Numbered from the stretch's first letter, positions 50,570 to 60,220 are shown. The stretch: DNA of 64,000 nt from an uncultured virus (IMG/VR IMGVR_UViG_2788500088_000017) (IMGVR_UViG_2788500088_000017), one strand, 5' to 3'. Notes: generated by a model from the sequence alone, not told the origin. Made by a program: numbers and translations.

Positions 50570-50918
50570 CTTTTTCACCTTCGGAAATGTATCGCAAACA
50601 GGGACAATCATGGAGAAAAACTACCTCTTCTCCTTCATGGATAAGGCGTTCTTGGAGGACACCGACACCGCAACATTGTGTGCATTTGGGGTCGGGCTTT
50701 CTTTCCCACTTGTAAAAAACGCAATCGCAAGGCTCAATGATGAACTCAACATCAACGCACTCGCCCCATTCGTAGACGGGAGACTCGGAAATGATTTCCC
50801 CTGTCCCCGCACAGACATGGCAGGTTGGGTTGGCTTCAAAGAGAGGCGCGTCTTCTTCGCTGACAGCCATACCTTTGTTGTGGGCTGGCTTGCCTGTTCG
50901 CTTCCATTCGGCCATCAC
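50562..50918 (-). CDS. DnaJ-type zinc-finger protein
   Basis: CHVCAGTG..PCDC and CTQCCGVG..DCPC. Confidence 0.6.
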   Translation of the reverse strand: MMAEWKRTGKPAHNKGMAVSEEDAPLFEANPTCHVCAGTGEIISESPVYEWGECVDVEFIIEPCDCVFYKWERKPDPKCTQCCGVGVLQERLIHEGEEVVFLHDCPCLRYISEGEKDD

Positions 50919-51928
50919 ATGTCACCTTCTCGGATTTCGGGGAGTCCAAACCATTGTAGGGGTTCATCCTTCTTTGTCACCATGATGGTGCGTCGCTGGT
51001 CAAGGAGGTCCGCATTGGTCTTGCACTTGACGAACTCAACCTCATAGCGCGTCTCTCCGGTTTGAGAGCCATCCTCACCGCGCACTTTCTTCTTGTGGAA
51101 GTAGAGAATTTGGTTGAGGTAGTTTGCCGTATGCTTTTCCCATGATGGTTTCTTACCGATGACGGAACCCGTCTTGTCCTGCAAGTCCTTGAAGTGCGTC
51201 TCAAAGTAGACGGCAACACCAAGGGACATCAGCGTGCGAGCGATGGTAGTGAGTTGGTGGAAACGCGTTGTGCGAATTTGCCAGTTGAATCGCATTCCAA
51301 CTTGCAGATGAGGTTCAACCTTAGCACCGATACCGTCGGGTGCGGTTCCCAAGTCTTCAATGAACATGCAGTTTTTCGCCACTTCATCCCACAGGTCAAC
51401 AGCGGTGATGAGGACCGAATGTAAGCGTGGTTTTTCTCCGGGTCGTGCGGCCCAATCAACAAGCGTCTGTCCAATTTTCATGACGCGACGATGTGTTGCA
51501 GGGTAGTCAATTGCTTCTCGCGCTTCTCCATCCTCGTCAAGCGTTTCAAACATGACATTGGGATTGAGACAACGAATGTTCTTCGCATGTTTCCGGTGAT
51601 GAGTGACACGGGTGGTCATCCCACCACCGTCAAAGTCAAGAACGAAGATGACATCGCCGCGCTTCTTTTCTTCGTCGGTCATGCTGTCCAAGACGATACC
51701 GGTTTTACCGACACCCTCCGGGCCAATGAGTCCGCAGAAAATCATCTTGTTGGGGATGTTATCTCCCGCGCTGACAATCTCGTCCCACACCGATTGGGCT
51801 ATGGGTTTGACCGCATGGCTCGTCTTCTCTTCAACCAATGTCGCGGGGACTGTTTCACCAGTCGCCGGGTCAAAGGCTTGGGTTTCTTCTTCTTGCACTT
51901 GCTTCTTCAAATCGTTTAGGTTTGGCAT
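50915..51928 (-). CDS. RecA/RadA-like (Sak4/AAA_24-type) ATPase
   Basis: GPEGVGKT, VLDFDGG, VYFETH; next to SSB-like gene. Confidence 0.7.
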   Translation of the reverse strand: MPNLNDLKKQVQEEETQAFDPATGETVPATLVEEKTSHAVKPIAQSVWDEIVSAGDNIPNKMIFCGLIGPEGVGKTGIVLDSMTDEEKKRGDVIFVLDFDGGGMTTRVTHHRKHAKNIRCLNPNVMFETLDEDGEAREAIDYPATHRRVMKIGQTLVDWAARPGEKPRLHSVLITAVDLWDEVAKNCMFIEDLGTAPDGIGAKVEPHLQVGMRFNWQIRTTRFHQLTTIARTLMSLGVAVYFETHFKDLQDKTGSVIGKKPSWEKHTANYLNQILYFHKKKVRGEDGSQTGETRYEVEFVKCKTNADLLDQRRTIMVTKKDEPLQWFGLPEIREGDM

Positions 51929-51932
51929 ACTT

Positions 51933-53252
51933 TCACTCTCCGTATTGGGTTGTTGATGTGTCGCCGCCTTCACCAGCAGGGATGGCAAGGCGCGGGACTG
52001 CAAAGACACCAAAGGTCTTGAGGGCAGGCTGTGGACCATCGTCCGTAGCACGCACGCTCAAGCGTCCGAAAGCAATGACCGTGGACTTCACGGCGTAGGG
52101 CTTCCAACCTTCTTCGGTGGCGTAGTCAAATGGATGTGCCTCGTCGCCGAGGAGTCCGTGGATGTAGAGGGGGAGGTTCTGTCGTCGTCCGCCGTTAAAG
52201 GTGCGCATGAGGTCAAAGGATGAAACGCTCATGGAGTAGTCATGACCCGTCGGGTCCCACTCGGTTTCGCGCGCTTCCTTTCGCATGTCGCTGACCTTGC
52301 CTCGGATGAAGACGAGAGGACCAACCGGGTTGTAGCCGGGGACAATCTCTTGTCGCGTCTCAAAGACTTCGGCAAGGGTGGACAGGTCCTTGATGTGAGC
52401 ATCAAGACCGGGGACCAACTTGTCGGGTGCAATGATAGCGCGGTATTCTTCGTCAACGAAGTCGTTGCCGTAGGTAAGCGCACCGGGAAGCGGGTAAGCG
52501 TTGTAGGTGTCAGCCCACTCCGGCTTGACATTGGGCGACTGAGGTCGCACTTTCAAGGAACACTCGCTGAACAGTTGAGGGATGAACCACTCATCTGCGC
52601 TCTTGCCTGTGATGGTGATGCGCAGAACTCTTTGGTCGTCCAAGAAGTTGTCCTTCTCGTTGCCGAGGAAGTAGTAGGTGCGTTGCCAGCGGTAGGGCGT
52701 GACAGGTTCACCGAAGCGCGCCCAATCCGGGTTGTTTTGAAGGATGGCGAGGGAGAGGCCGTGTTCTCTTACAAGGAACCACGGGTCCGCGTCTGCTGAC
52801 TCTTCGGTAGCAACCACACCGTCTTTCTTTTCAAGCATCCACACGCCGTCTTGGGTAAAGGCTCGTGCGACAAGTCCGTCTGCGATGGCACCATCAAGGT
52901 CGTTCAAGGCGGCTTGAATGGCAGGGCCACGCTTGCGCTCTTGTGCGTCTCGGCACTTGGGGTCAATACCGATGAAGTATCCGACAAGTTCGGTAGCGTT
53001 GTTGGTGCCACCGCTCATGACGCGACGCTCAACCACAAAGGCTTCGGCGGCATCAATCAAGAAGTCGTCGTCTTCATCGTTGGGGTTGGCGGACAGTTCC
53101 GTCTTGAGGTAGGTAAAGAACTCGGCAGTCGCATCGTCAAGCGACTTCCCGTGCTTCTCGGCCCACCACTTGAGGCGTTCCTCCACTTCCGGGTGCAACC
53201 CGGCGTTGGTTTGTTCATTGTTTTCGGCTCCGTTTTGGTTAAGGTTTGGCAT
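51933..53252 (-). CDS. Putative RPA-like OB-fold ssDNA-binding protein
   Basis: Acidic beta-rich 439 aa between RFC and recombinase; VFIRGKV and VIAFGRL OB-like strands. Confidence 0.5.
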   Translation of the reverse strand: MPNLNQNGAENNEQTNAGLHPEVEERLKWWAEKHGKSLDDATAEFFTYLKTELSANPNDEDDDFLIDAAEAFVVERRVMSGGTNNATELVGYFIGIDPKCRDAQERKRGPAIQAALNDLDGAIADGLVARAFTQDGVWMLEKKDGVVATEESADADPWFLVREHGLSLAILQNNPDWARFGEPVTPYRWQRTYYFLGNEKDNFLDDQRVLRITITGKSADEWFIPQLFSECSLKVRPQSPNVKPEWADTYNAYPLPGALTYGNDFVDEEYRAIIAPDKLVPGLDAHIKDLSTLAEVFETRQEIVPGYNPVGPLVFIRGKVSDMRKEARETEWDPTGHDYSMSVSSFDLMRTFNGGRRQNLPLYIHGLLGDEAHPFDYATEEGWKPYAVKSTVIAFGRLSVRATDDGPQPALKTFGVFAVPRLAIPAGEGGDTSTTQYGE

Positions 53253-53254
53253 AT

Positions 53255-54148
53255 TTATTCCTCCTTTTTGTTTGTGTCTTCGCGGTGCAGGGCGGCTACA
53301 AAGTAGTCCACAAAGGACTCACTTGATAGGGGCCATGCGTGCATTCTTAACACGAAATCTCCCCACACAACGAAGAAGGTATATAATTGTTGGGAACTCA
53401 TCCCCACAGATTTAGCGAACTCGTGGATGCGATGCATTACGAGGTGCAAAGTCGCGCCGTTGGTTAGCATCTCAAGCATTGTTTGGTGCGTTGATTGCCA
53501 ATCGCCAGCGGCGATATCAAGAGCGAGACTGTCCCACTCGGTTTGGTCTTGGCTCAAAGTTGAACCGCTGAGAATGTGATTGCCAATCGCGCGTAGGTCT
53601 CCGGCGAAGTGTGAATGCAGGACCTCGGCACTTTCCTTGGACTCAACACCCTTCTTCAAAATAAGGAGTTGCTGATACGCGCGAATCTGTTTTACAGAAT
53701 ATGGCTTGAATGTGAACTGAACGCAACGGGATTTGATGGCCGGTATGATTTTGGCGTGGTCGTTGCATGTGAGAATCCACCAGCAAGAACTCTTCTCCAT
53801 GATGCGCTTCAAGGAGTCTTGCGCTTGCTTGGTGAGACCGTCGGCCTCATCCAGCAGGATGAGAATGTTGCCCCACGGCGAGGATGACATGGCGGTCATT
53901 TTGATTTTGTCTCGGACAACATCAATGCCGCGGTCGTCGGAGGCGTTAAGTTCCATCACATCAAGGCCGAGGTGTTCGGCGAGGATGTAGGCGGCGGTTG
54001 TCTTTCCGAGACCGGGGCGACCCTCAAAGAGCAAGCAAAGGTTGCTATCACGCTCCCACTCGTCAAGGTAGAAGAGCGGGTTGTTCGGGTCATCGTTGCC
54101 GATGTATTCGTCAGTTGTTGCTGGGATAAATTGTTTCAATTTTTTCAT
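53255..54148 (-). CDS. rfcS: Replication factor C small subunit (clamp loader)
   Basis: GRPGLGKTT, ELNASDDRG, LDEADGLT..AQ, IKSRC, GDLR. Confidence 0.93.
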   Translation of the reverse strand: MKKLKQFIPATTDEYIGNDDPNNPLFYLDEWERDSNLCLLFEGRPGLGKTTAAYILAEHLGLDVMELNASDDRGIDVVRDKIKMTAMSSSPWGNILILLDEADGLTKQAQDSLKRIMEKSSCWWILTCNDHAKIIPAIKSRCVQFTFKPYSVKQIRAYQQLLILKKGVESKESAEVLHSHFAGDLRAIGNHILSGSTLSQDQTEWDSLALDIAAGDWQSTHQTMLEMLTNGATLHLVMHRIHEFAKSVGMSSQQLYTFFVVWGDFVLRMHAWPLSSESFVDYFVAALHREDTNKKEE

Positions 54149-54183
54149 CTCCTTCGTGCCGATTTCACCTCATTTGGCGCGTC

Positions 54184-54302
54184 ATATATAAAGGGGTCAA
54201 AAATGACCCCTTGGTTTTATTGATAATCTCATTGTCTCATTTAACAAATAAAGATAGTAACCTTCTTTGTCTAAATTGATAATGAGATTATTGATAATGA
54301 GA
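54184..54302. promoter_or_regulatory. AT-rich intergenic region: TATA-like box, hairpin and direct/inverted repeats
   Basis: TTTATATA on - strand near 54185-92 upstream of rfc; AAGGGGTCA-N4-TGACCCCTT at 54191-54212; ATTGATAAT three times. Confidence 0.6.
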
Positions 54303-54322
54303 ACAGGCTTTGCGCCTATGCT

Positions 54323-54676
54323 CTACTTTGACATATCAATCATGCCAATGATTTTTTCAATCTCTTCGTGCGTAGGCGCACGCCCTTTGTAGTCCATCAG
54401 TTGAACCATTTTGTTCATGTTGTCAAGGTCTTTCACATGCTCCTTGACAGGCATGAGCAGGCGGATAAGCACCCAAATGCGTTCGGGTTTTTTGATGATG
54501 CGCGAATTGATACCTTTCGTAGAGAGCCACATGTTCAGCGCAGGTTCGTCCTTCATGCTGACCAGCACCCGTCGTTCCACCCGGTATCCGATTCGTGTTT
54601 TTGGTGCGAAGTGAACGCTCAATTGAAAGCGACATTCTCGTGCGAGGAAGCCGAGGAAGAAGGCGTCCTCATCCAT
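54323..54676 (-). CDS. Single-motif LAGLIDADG-like protein (divergent)
   Basis: GAGGTG SD; FLGFLARECRF.LSV...GYRV and LMDYK...THEEIEKI echo the LAGLIDADG fold. Confidence 0.5.
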   Translation of the reverse strand: MDEDAFFLGFLARECRFQLSVHFAPKTRIGYRVERRVLVSMKDEPALNMWLSTKGINSRIIKKPERIWVLIRLLMPVKEHVKDLDNMNKMVQLMDYKGRAPTHEEIEKIIGMIDMSK

Positions 54677-55997
54677 TCGTTCCACCTCGTTCAATGAGGT
54701 CGCCGATTTGAATTGCGTCGCTTTGTCCCAGCGTCGTGTCAAGTCGTGTGAGATACGGTGCGCGGAGCGTTTTCGTTTCGTGTTCGTAGCCGAGTGAATG
54801 AAAAATGCCGACCAACCCTTCATCCACATCAAGCATGACCTGTGCGTCGTAGAGGCGCGCCAGCCTGTCGGGGATGTCGTCGGCTTTGACATACGCATAG
54901 CCCACGGGGAACAGGTCAAATCCGTCAAGCGCGGCCACCTTGATGCGGATGCCCTCGCCATCACGAAATCCTCCAAGTATCAGCAACGGTATGTCAAATG
55001 TTCTTCTCGGCACAATAAATCCTCCCACACACCCGCTATGGAAGTATGGACGGTCAGCATCAACGAGACGCAAGACTTCGTCTCTTCCCAAGGACTGGAC
55101 GAGCGCACGCAGATGAGCGCGGTCTTCAACCTTCTTCGGATTGGTGGCGCGCAACTCCCGACCTTTCATCCATAGGTCCGGTGCGTCCTCACGATACAAC
55201 CACTCAATGATGTTATTCTCACCGTCCATCTCGCAGACGCAATCCTCTTCGGGCAGACGCTCCGCGCACATCGGACCGGCCACCACCATACGCGCGGCTG
55301 AATCGTAACGGAAGACGGAGTCTCCCCTTCTGTGCGCGTAGTATCGTTTTCCTTTGATGATGTCGTAGTGAGTGTTCGTGAAGGGGACGGACCATTTGTT
55401 CCATCGTGAGTAGTGCGGGGCCATGAATGGATAGGCCGGTTGGATAATGAAATCATGAGGGAGCGTTTCGTTCAACGCACGCTGGATGACATCTCCCGTC
55501 GGCATGATGGCGCGCATTTGTTGGAGGTGTTTTGTATCATAGCGTGTGAGAGACGCAACCGCTCGCATGATTCGTCGGTGGTTGATAACGGACTTGCCAA
55601 AAGCGAACCCCCAAAACACCATCGCACTCAATTGCGACATGGACTTGAATAGAATGTCAGCGTTGATTTCGCCGCGCAGTATCATTTCTTTGAACTCAAT
55701 GGCTTCCCGAACTGATATGGATTCGTTCACCTCCCGCGGCGATTCACTCGCAAGGAGTAAAGGCATTTCGTGTTCGTCCATCAAGGACTCATACTCTTCG
55801 GGGAACAATCCGTAGGACTGCGCCAGCATTTTGACAACATGGTGGGGTTTGATTGAACCCCTTGGACTTGCGCAACATAAGGTTATGATGTCGTGTGCGC
55901 TATCGGCGTATCGTTTGAACAGGACGGTGAGATGACTTGCGTTGTTCGGTTCAGTTTGTGCGGCGTGAACCGCGCTCGCCAAATCCTCAAACCTCAT
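54669..55997 (-). CDS. Degenerate ATP-dependent DNA ligase-like protein
   Basis: MRFEDLA DBD-like start, QPAYPF, GKRYYAHRRGDSV, FDIPLLILGG, LRAPYLTRLD; no KxDG. Confidence 0.65.
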   Translation of the reverse strand: MRFEDLASAVHAAQTEPNNASHLTVLFKRYADSAHDIITLCCASPRGSIKPHHVVKMLAQSYGLFPEEYESLMDEHEMPLLLASESPREVNESISVREAIEFKEMILRGEINADILFKSMSQLSAMVFWGFAFGKSVINHRRIMRAVASLTRYDTKHLQQMRAIMPTGDVIQRALNETLPHDFIIQPAYPFMAPHYSRWNKWSVPFTNTHYDIIKGKRYYAHRRGDSVFRYDSAARMVVAGPMCAERLPEEDCVCEMDGENNIIEWLYREDAPDLWMKGRELRATNPKKVEDRAHLRALVQSLGRDEVLRLVDADRPYFHSGCVGGFIVPRRTFDIPLLILGGFRDGEGIRIKVAALDGFDLFPVGYAYVKADDIPDRLARLYDAQVMLDVDEGLVGIFHSLGYEHETKTLRAPYLTRLDTTLGQSDAIQIGDLIERGGTNG

Positions 55998-56644
55998 TCT
56001 TCCTCATCATCCCGAACTGCCTTAAAAATGAGGCCGCGCAGATGTGGAGGAACCAAGTCTCCATCAATATCGTGAGTCGTCATGATGATGATTCGTTCAT
56101 CATTCAGCGCGACTTGAAACATACGGTCATCAGCGAGGGTGATGATTTCTTCACGCTCAAGAACAGGCATGCCTTTCCAAGAGAAGAAAAGTTCGTCTCC
56201 CGCAACGAGGTGATAATCCATTGGAGCCATCGTGACTTCGTGTGGTTTGTCGGGGTCGTCCGATTCGTGTCGGATAATAACACCCCATGTTTCGTTCTCG
56301 CTGTCTGCGAGAATCCACTCCGCGTTTTCAAGGTCAAAGTTCGTGAGAGGGATGCCCTCGTGTTCCCATTCTTGCGCGGCTTCCTGTGCCGCCCCTTGCG
56401 GGTCGTGAATGATTTCGGCGTCGGCGGCTGTGAACTCAATGTCAAGAGCGACGCACACTTTACCGATTCGGGTAAGCGGCAATAGCGAAGAGGGAGACGC
56501 GGACACCACATTGAGGTGAGTCTCACTTTCCTTCTTGAGAACAGCGTCGGCCACGCCCCATGTGTCTCCTACTTGCATTCGCGCGAAGTGGTCTTTCGTC
56601 CATCCGATGTCGTCTTCGCTTGGTTCCCACTCTTCTTCAATCAA
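55994..56644 (-). CDS. Hypothetical acidic protein
   Basis: Coupled ORF. Confidence 0.6.
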   Translation of the reverse strand: MIEEEWEPSEDDIGWTKDHFARMQVGDTWGVADAVLKKESETHLNVVSASPSSLLPLTRIGKVCVALDIEFTAADAEIIHDPQGAAQEAAQEWEHEGIPLTNFDLENAEWILADSENETWGVIIRHESDDPDKPHEVTMAPMDYHLVAGDELFFSWKGMPVLEREEIITLADDRMFQVALNDERIIIMTTHDIDGDLVPPHLRGLIFKAVRDDEEE

Positions 56645-56937
56645 ACTGACTCCCCCTTGAACCAGCGAAACTTGTTACAACAGCGCGCTGGAATGAGAAT
56701 GTGTTCGCGCTTCTTGGTGAAGAGAGCGATTTGGTGAGGGTCAATTTGGTCGCCGCATGTGCAAACGATGACATCGCCCAGCAGATGAGACGCGTAATCA
56801 AATCCTTCTATCTCGTATCCCTCTCCGTCGTCGGTCTCAATGTGAATACCTTCAATGGTTTCCTCGTCGCCGTTTGGTTTCAACAACCTGCCGTCCTCCG
56901 TAAAATTGGAAACGCGTATAGTAAATGTGCCGCCCAT
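56641..56937 (-). CDS. Hypothetical Cys-containing protein
   Basis: GGGGTG SD; CTCG...RCC. Confidence 0.5.
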   Translation of the reverse strand: MGGTFTIRVSNFTEDGRLLKPNGDEETIEGIHIETDDGEGYEIEGFDYASHLLGDVIVCTCGDQIDPHQIALFTKKREHILIPARCCNKFRWFKGESV

Positions 56938-56963
56938 ATTCACCCCGACGCGGGAGAACCTAT

Positions 56964-57158
56964 TTATGCTTGCGGCATGAAAATGAACGATGCATCCCAC
57001 ACTCCGTTGCCTTCAACGCAATGCACCTCGGCTTTGGCAAAGACACCGTAAGGGATGGTGCGGTAGATGAAGAGTTCCGAGGGGCGCGCATGTTTACGGC
57101 AAGGGCAAGGTGCGTAGGGGATGATGATAACATCAAGCGGTTCTTGGGCTGGAATCAT
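56964..57158 (-). CDS. Hypothetical protein
   Basis: ATG overlaps upstream stop, GAGGTG SD. Confidence 0.5.
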   Translation of the reverse strand: MIPAQEPLDVIIIPYAPCPCRKHARPSELFIYRTIPYGVFAKAEVHCVEGNGVWDASFIFMPQA

Positions 57159-57466
57159 AGGTGACACACCTCGTGCAGTTCGGGGAACCAATTTGGGTCC
57201 ATCAAGTCTTTGTGGCTCATCGTTCCGTAGAACTTGTCCCATTGAAGCAACTCCCTGTTCTTGTTGCTCATCTGTCCAGCGATGAGTTTCAAGCGAATGA
57301 GTTGGACCATATCCGGTTTGTTGAAGAAGACGCGGCTCGCCTCTTCCCATGTAGATTGCATACAGAAGCATTGGAAGCAGTAGTCCGCGCTACGCTGAAG
57401 GTCCGAGTCCAGCCACACATTGGAGGGTTCGTCACATGCGAAGCAAAGGCTGTTCTCGCCCTTCAT
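57155..57466 (-). CDS. Zinc-finger protein
   Basis: GGAGG SD; CFAC...CFQC. Confidence 0.55.
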   Translation of the reverse strand: MKGENSLCFACDEPSNVWLDSDLQRSADYCFQCFCMQSTWEEASRVFFNKPDMVQLIRLKLIAGQMSNKNRELLQWDKFYGTMSHKDLMDPNWFPELHEVCHL

Positions 57467-57807
57467 TCTTCCTCCTCCTTGACGATGGCGATAGGTGTAG
57501 ACTGACCGTAGGTTCTGTTGTAGTTGTTGATGCCGAGCGCGGTGGCATGTGTCATCATTTGAAACACATTGTATTCGCGGAAGGACGCAAGGTAGGCAAG
57601 CCCTTCTGCGTATTCGCGCTTTTCCAATTCTGCTTTGATGACGCACAACTTGAGGATTTCACGACGGATGGTGCGCAAATGTTTGAGTGCCACCTTCTTG
57701 AGTTTGTTGTCTCCAAGGTCGGAGATTTTCGCTTGGTGTCCGTCGTGCATCACGACTGTGAAGTCTGCGATGGGTAGTCGTGTGTATTCTTCTTCTGTTT
57801 CGGTCAT
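57463..57807 (-). CDS. Hypothetical protein
   Basis: Coupled ORF. Confidence 0.55.
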   Translation of the reverse strand: MTETEEEYTRLPIADFTVVMHDGHQAKISDLGDNKLKKVALKHLRTIRREILKLCVIKAELEKREYAEGLAYLASFREYNVFQMMTHATALGINNYNRTYGQSTPIAIVKEEEE

Positions 57808-59765
57808 ATTTTCATCTCTCCTGTCTTCAATTTTTTCAACAATGATTTGACAATTTGGTTTCGCGTCTTTGCCGAGTCGCCATCAAGAATGCGCTGGACG
57901 AGGTCGGCTTTGCTGGCAACCACTTGGTCAAACATTGAATCAATCGTGTCAATCGCCGACAAAACAACTTTGTGGCAGGTGGATTCTTCTTGCGTCATTC
58001 TGCGAACGCGCGCCGCGGCTTGCTGTTCCCATGCAGGGACCCACTCACGCTCAACGAAGAGCGTGGTGTTAGCGTGGTCAAGGTTGACACCTTCGCGCAT
58101 GGCGTTGGTGGAACAGATGAGGAAGTCCACGCTTCCTTGTTGGAAGTGAAGGATGTTCTGCTGACGGTCAGCCTCGGATGTCTCGCCTGTGATGTAGCGC
58201 GTGCTTGGGAAGTCAGCGATGAGTTCGGAGTAAATCCCTTCAATGACATTCTTGTGGTGTGCAAAAATAACGAGTGGCTTGCCGCTGTTTTGTAAGTAAG
58301 TTGTTGCCCACTTGACTGCCGCGTCTGTCTTGAGAAGCCCTGCTTGGTGGCGCAGTTCAGTCATCATGTTGAGTGTGAAGCCCGCGTCTGTTGAACCGAA
58401 GTTCTGCTGTTGGTCCACCCATGCCTGCATCCAAGAGTTGTGCGTGTTCTTGTAGGTCGTTTTCTGCTTGTCCGTCAACTCCACAGGAATGATGGTCTCA
58501 ACCAACGAGGGCATTTCACCAGCAATGCGCGGGTCGTCCATTGAACGACGCAACATGAAGTCGCGCAGGATGTGATTCAACGGTGTGATTTGGCTGTCCC
58601 ACGATTGGTCAATGTTAGACGCGCCGCTGAAATCCCAGCCGAAGTGCGTCTTCTTTGCGTTGCAGTATTTCTTGGCGAAGGTGAATGAGTTGGAGAAGGT
58701 AGCAGGGAGCATCATGTTGAGGACCGGGAAGAACTCAATGGGTCGGTTGGTGACCGGCGTTCCCGACAGCGCGATGATGCCTTCTTTGTAGGAGGCCAAC
58801 GATAGCGCGGCTTTCGTGGTGGCCGCCTTTGGATTCTTGATGCGGTGAACCTCGTCAAAAATGATGCAGTCAAAGCCAATCGCTTGCAGTTGAGGAAGGC
58901 GCGCTTCCAAAATGTCGTAGTTGATGATGTGGAATCGTGCTGGTTTGATTTCTCCTTGCCGTCCTTTGATGATTTGATAGTCGCCGTTGAGCCACTTGAC
59001 AATCTCGTTCCCCCAATTGTGCTTGACAATGGCGGGACAGACGATGAGAACCTGCTGGTGTTGCGCGAACTCAACACAACCAAGGGCTTGAAGCGACTTG
59101 CCAAGCCCCATCTCGTCTGCGATGAGGATGCGGTTGCGTCCACCTGTGCGATACATGATGGGAGCGATGCGTTGGTAAGGTCGCATGTTCGTGTAGACGG
59201 GCCAGTCGGGAAGTTCAAGTTCGGTATCAACCGCGCTTGACAATTCCACCCGTTGCAGGGTAGCGGCGTGCGCCTTCTTCACTTCCTCGTTGTCCTCAAT
59301 CGCGTCTGCGAGAGGTTCAAAGTGAGGGCGAACAGCGTTCGCAACAGCGATGGCGACAGCAACAGGAATCATCCATGACTTAGTGTTGCCCTGCCACTTG
59401 GCGGAACCAGCGGCGGCGTTTTTCATGGACGCGTTGATGTCCTTCCAGTTGGGTTGGAAGTCCCACTTGAGAATCAACTTGTCGGGTGCGGAAAACACAG
59501 CAGTCGCGCTACCGACGGGCGTGTCAATAGCGGACTCATCGTATTCCAATCCTTCCACCGTGATGTCATGGTCGGCGAGGAAGGTGACGGCTTTCTCTAT
59601 CACATCCGCGCGGTCTTGAATTGTCCAAAGACCCTTTGCGCCATTCCATGAGAATTGGGGCCAGCCCATGTGGGCTTTCATGTCGTCTTTCAAGTTGAAT
59701 GGCACTTTGTTCAGCGCGATTCGTGGTCCGTAGTCATCCGTGTATCGTTCGTATGTTATGTTCAT
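57804..59765 (-). CDS. SNF2-family helicase, SMARCAL1/HARP-like
   Basis: YQ, ADEMGLGKS, DEVH, LSGTP, VIFAHH, EGVNL, QAAARVRR; two N-terminal W..W HARP-like units. Confidence 0.88.
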   Translation of the reverse strand: MNITYERYTDDYGPRIALNKVPFNLKDDMKAHMGWPQFSWNGAKGLWTIQDRADVIEKAVTFLADHDITVEGLEYDESAIDTPVGSATAVFSAPDKLILKWDFQPNWKDINASMKNAAAGSAKWQGNTKSWMIPVAVAIAVANAVRPHFEPLADAIEDNEEVKKAHAATLQRVELSSAVDTELELPDWPVYTNMRPYQRIAPIMYRTGGRNRILIADEMGLGKSLQALGCVEFAQHQQVLIVCPAIVKHNWGNEIVKWLNGDYQIIKGRQGEIKPARFHIINYDILEARLPQLQAIGFDCIIFDEVHRIKNPKAATTKAALSLASYKEGIIALSGTPVTNRPIEFFPVLNMMLPATFSNSFTFAKKYCNAKKTHFGWDFSGASNIDQSWDSQITPLNHILRDFMLRRSMDDPRIAGEMPSLVETIIPVELTDKQKTTYKNTHNSWMQAWVDQQQNFGSTDAGFTLNMMTELRHQAGLLKTDAAVKWATTYLQNSGKPLVIFAHHKNVIEGIYSELIADFPSTRYITGETSEADRQQNILHFQQGSVDFLICSTNAMREGVNLDHANTTLFVEREWVPAWEQQAAARVRRMTQEESTCHKVVLSAIDTIDSMFDQVVASKADLVQRILDGDSAKTRNQIVKSLLKKLKTGEMKI

Positions 59766-60220
59766 TCTTTCTCGCCTCCTACATATTCGGTGTAATCCTT
59801 CATCGTTGACTCATTGCCAAAGAATGCACCATTGACCCAATCGTATGCTCTTTTGAGTTGTTCACGCAATCGCTTGACTTCCGCGAGCAGTAGTGGTGCG
59901 TCTACGATGAGGTTCATGTCGGCTCGCTTACGAGGCAACCTTCCACTTGAATGAGAGCAGTAAGTAAAACTCTCAAGAGGTGTGTCGGTTCTNTTTCCTG
60001 TTTGACAGTNGGATGAAAGGTCAAGGATGCGCTCATCCCAATTAAGAGCATCGTGAGTTTCAAGCGGCTCTCCTGTCTTTTCATCAACCGCCCACCACAA
60101 ATCATCGGGGTCGGGTTTTACATCATCGTGCAACGGGCAAAGAATCCAATCACCATCATTAAACTCATACCACACCCATTTGTTTTCTGTATGTCCTTCG
60201 TATTTGTCTGTGTCAATCAT
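59762..60220 (-). CDS. Hypothetical protein
   Basis: GHT..W N-terminus and ADMNLIVDAPLLL, a recurrent phage accessory pattern. Confidence 0.55.
   Translation of the reverse strand: MIDTDKYEGHTENKWVWYEFNDGDWILCPLHDDVKPDPDDLWWAVDEKTGEPLETHDALNWDERILDLSSXCQTGXRTDTPLESFTYCSHSSGRLPRKRADMNLIVDAPLLLAEVKRLREQLKRAYDWVNGAFFGNESTMKDYTEYVGGEKE

Noticed and set aside
41908..54148. Inteins in PolB, MCM-like or RFC genes
   Set aside because: Protein lengths are normal or short and no splice-junction motifs interrupt conserved blocks
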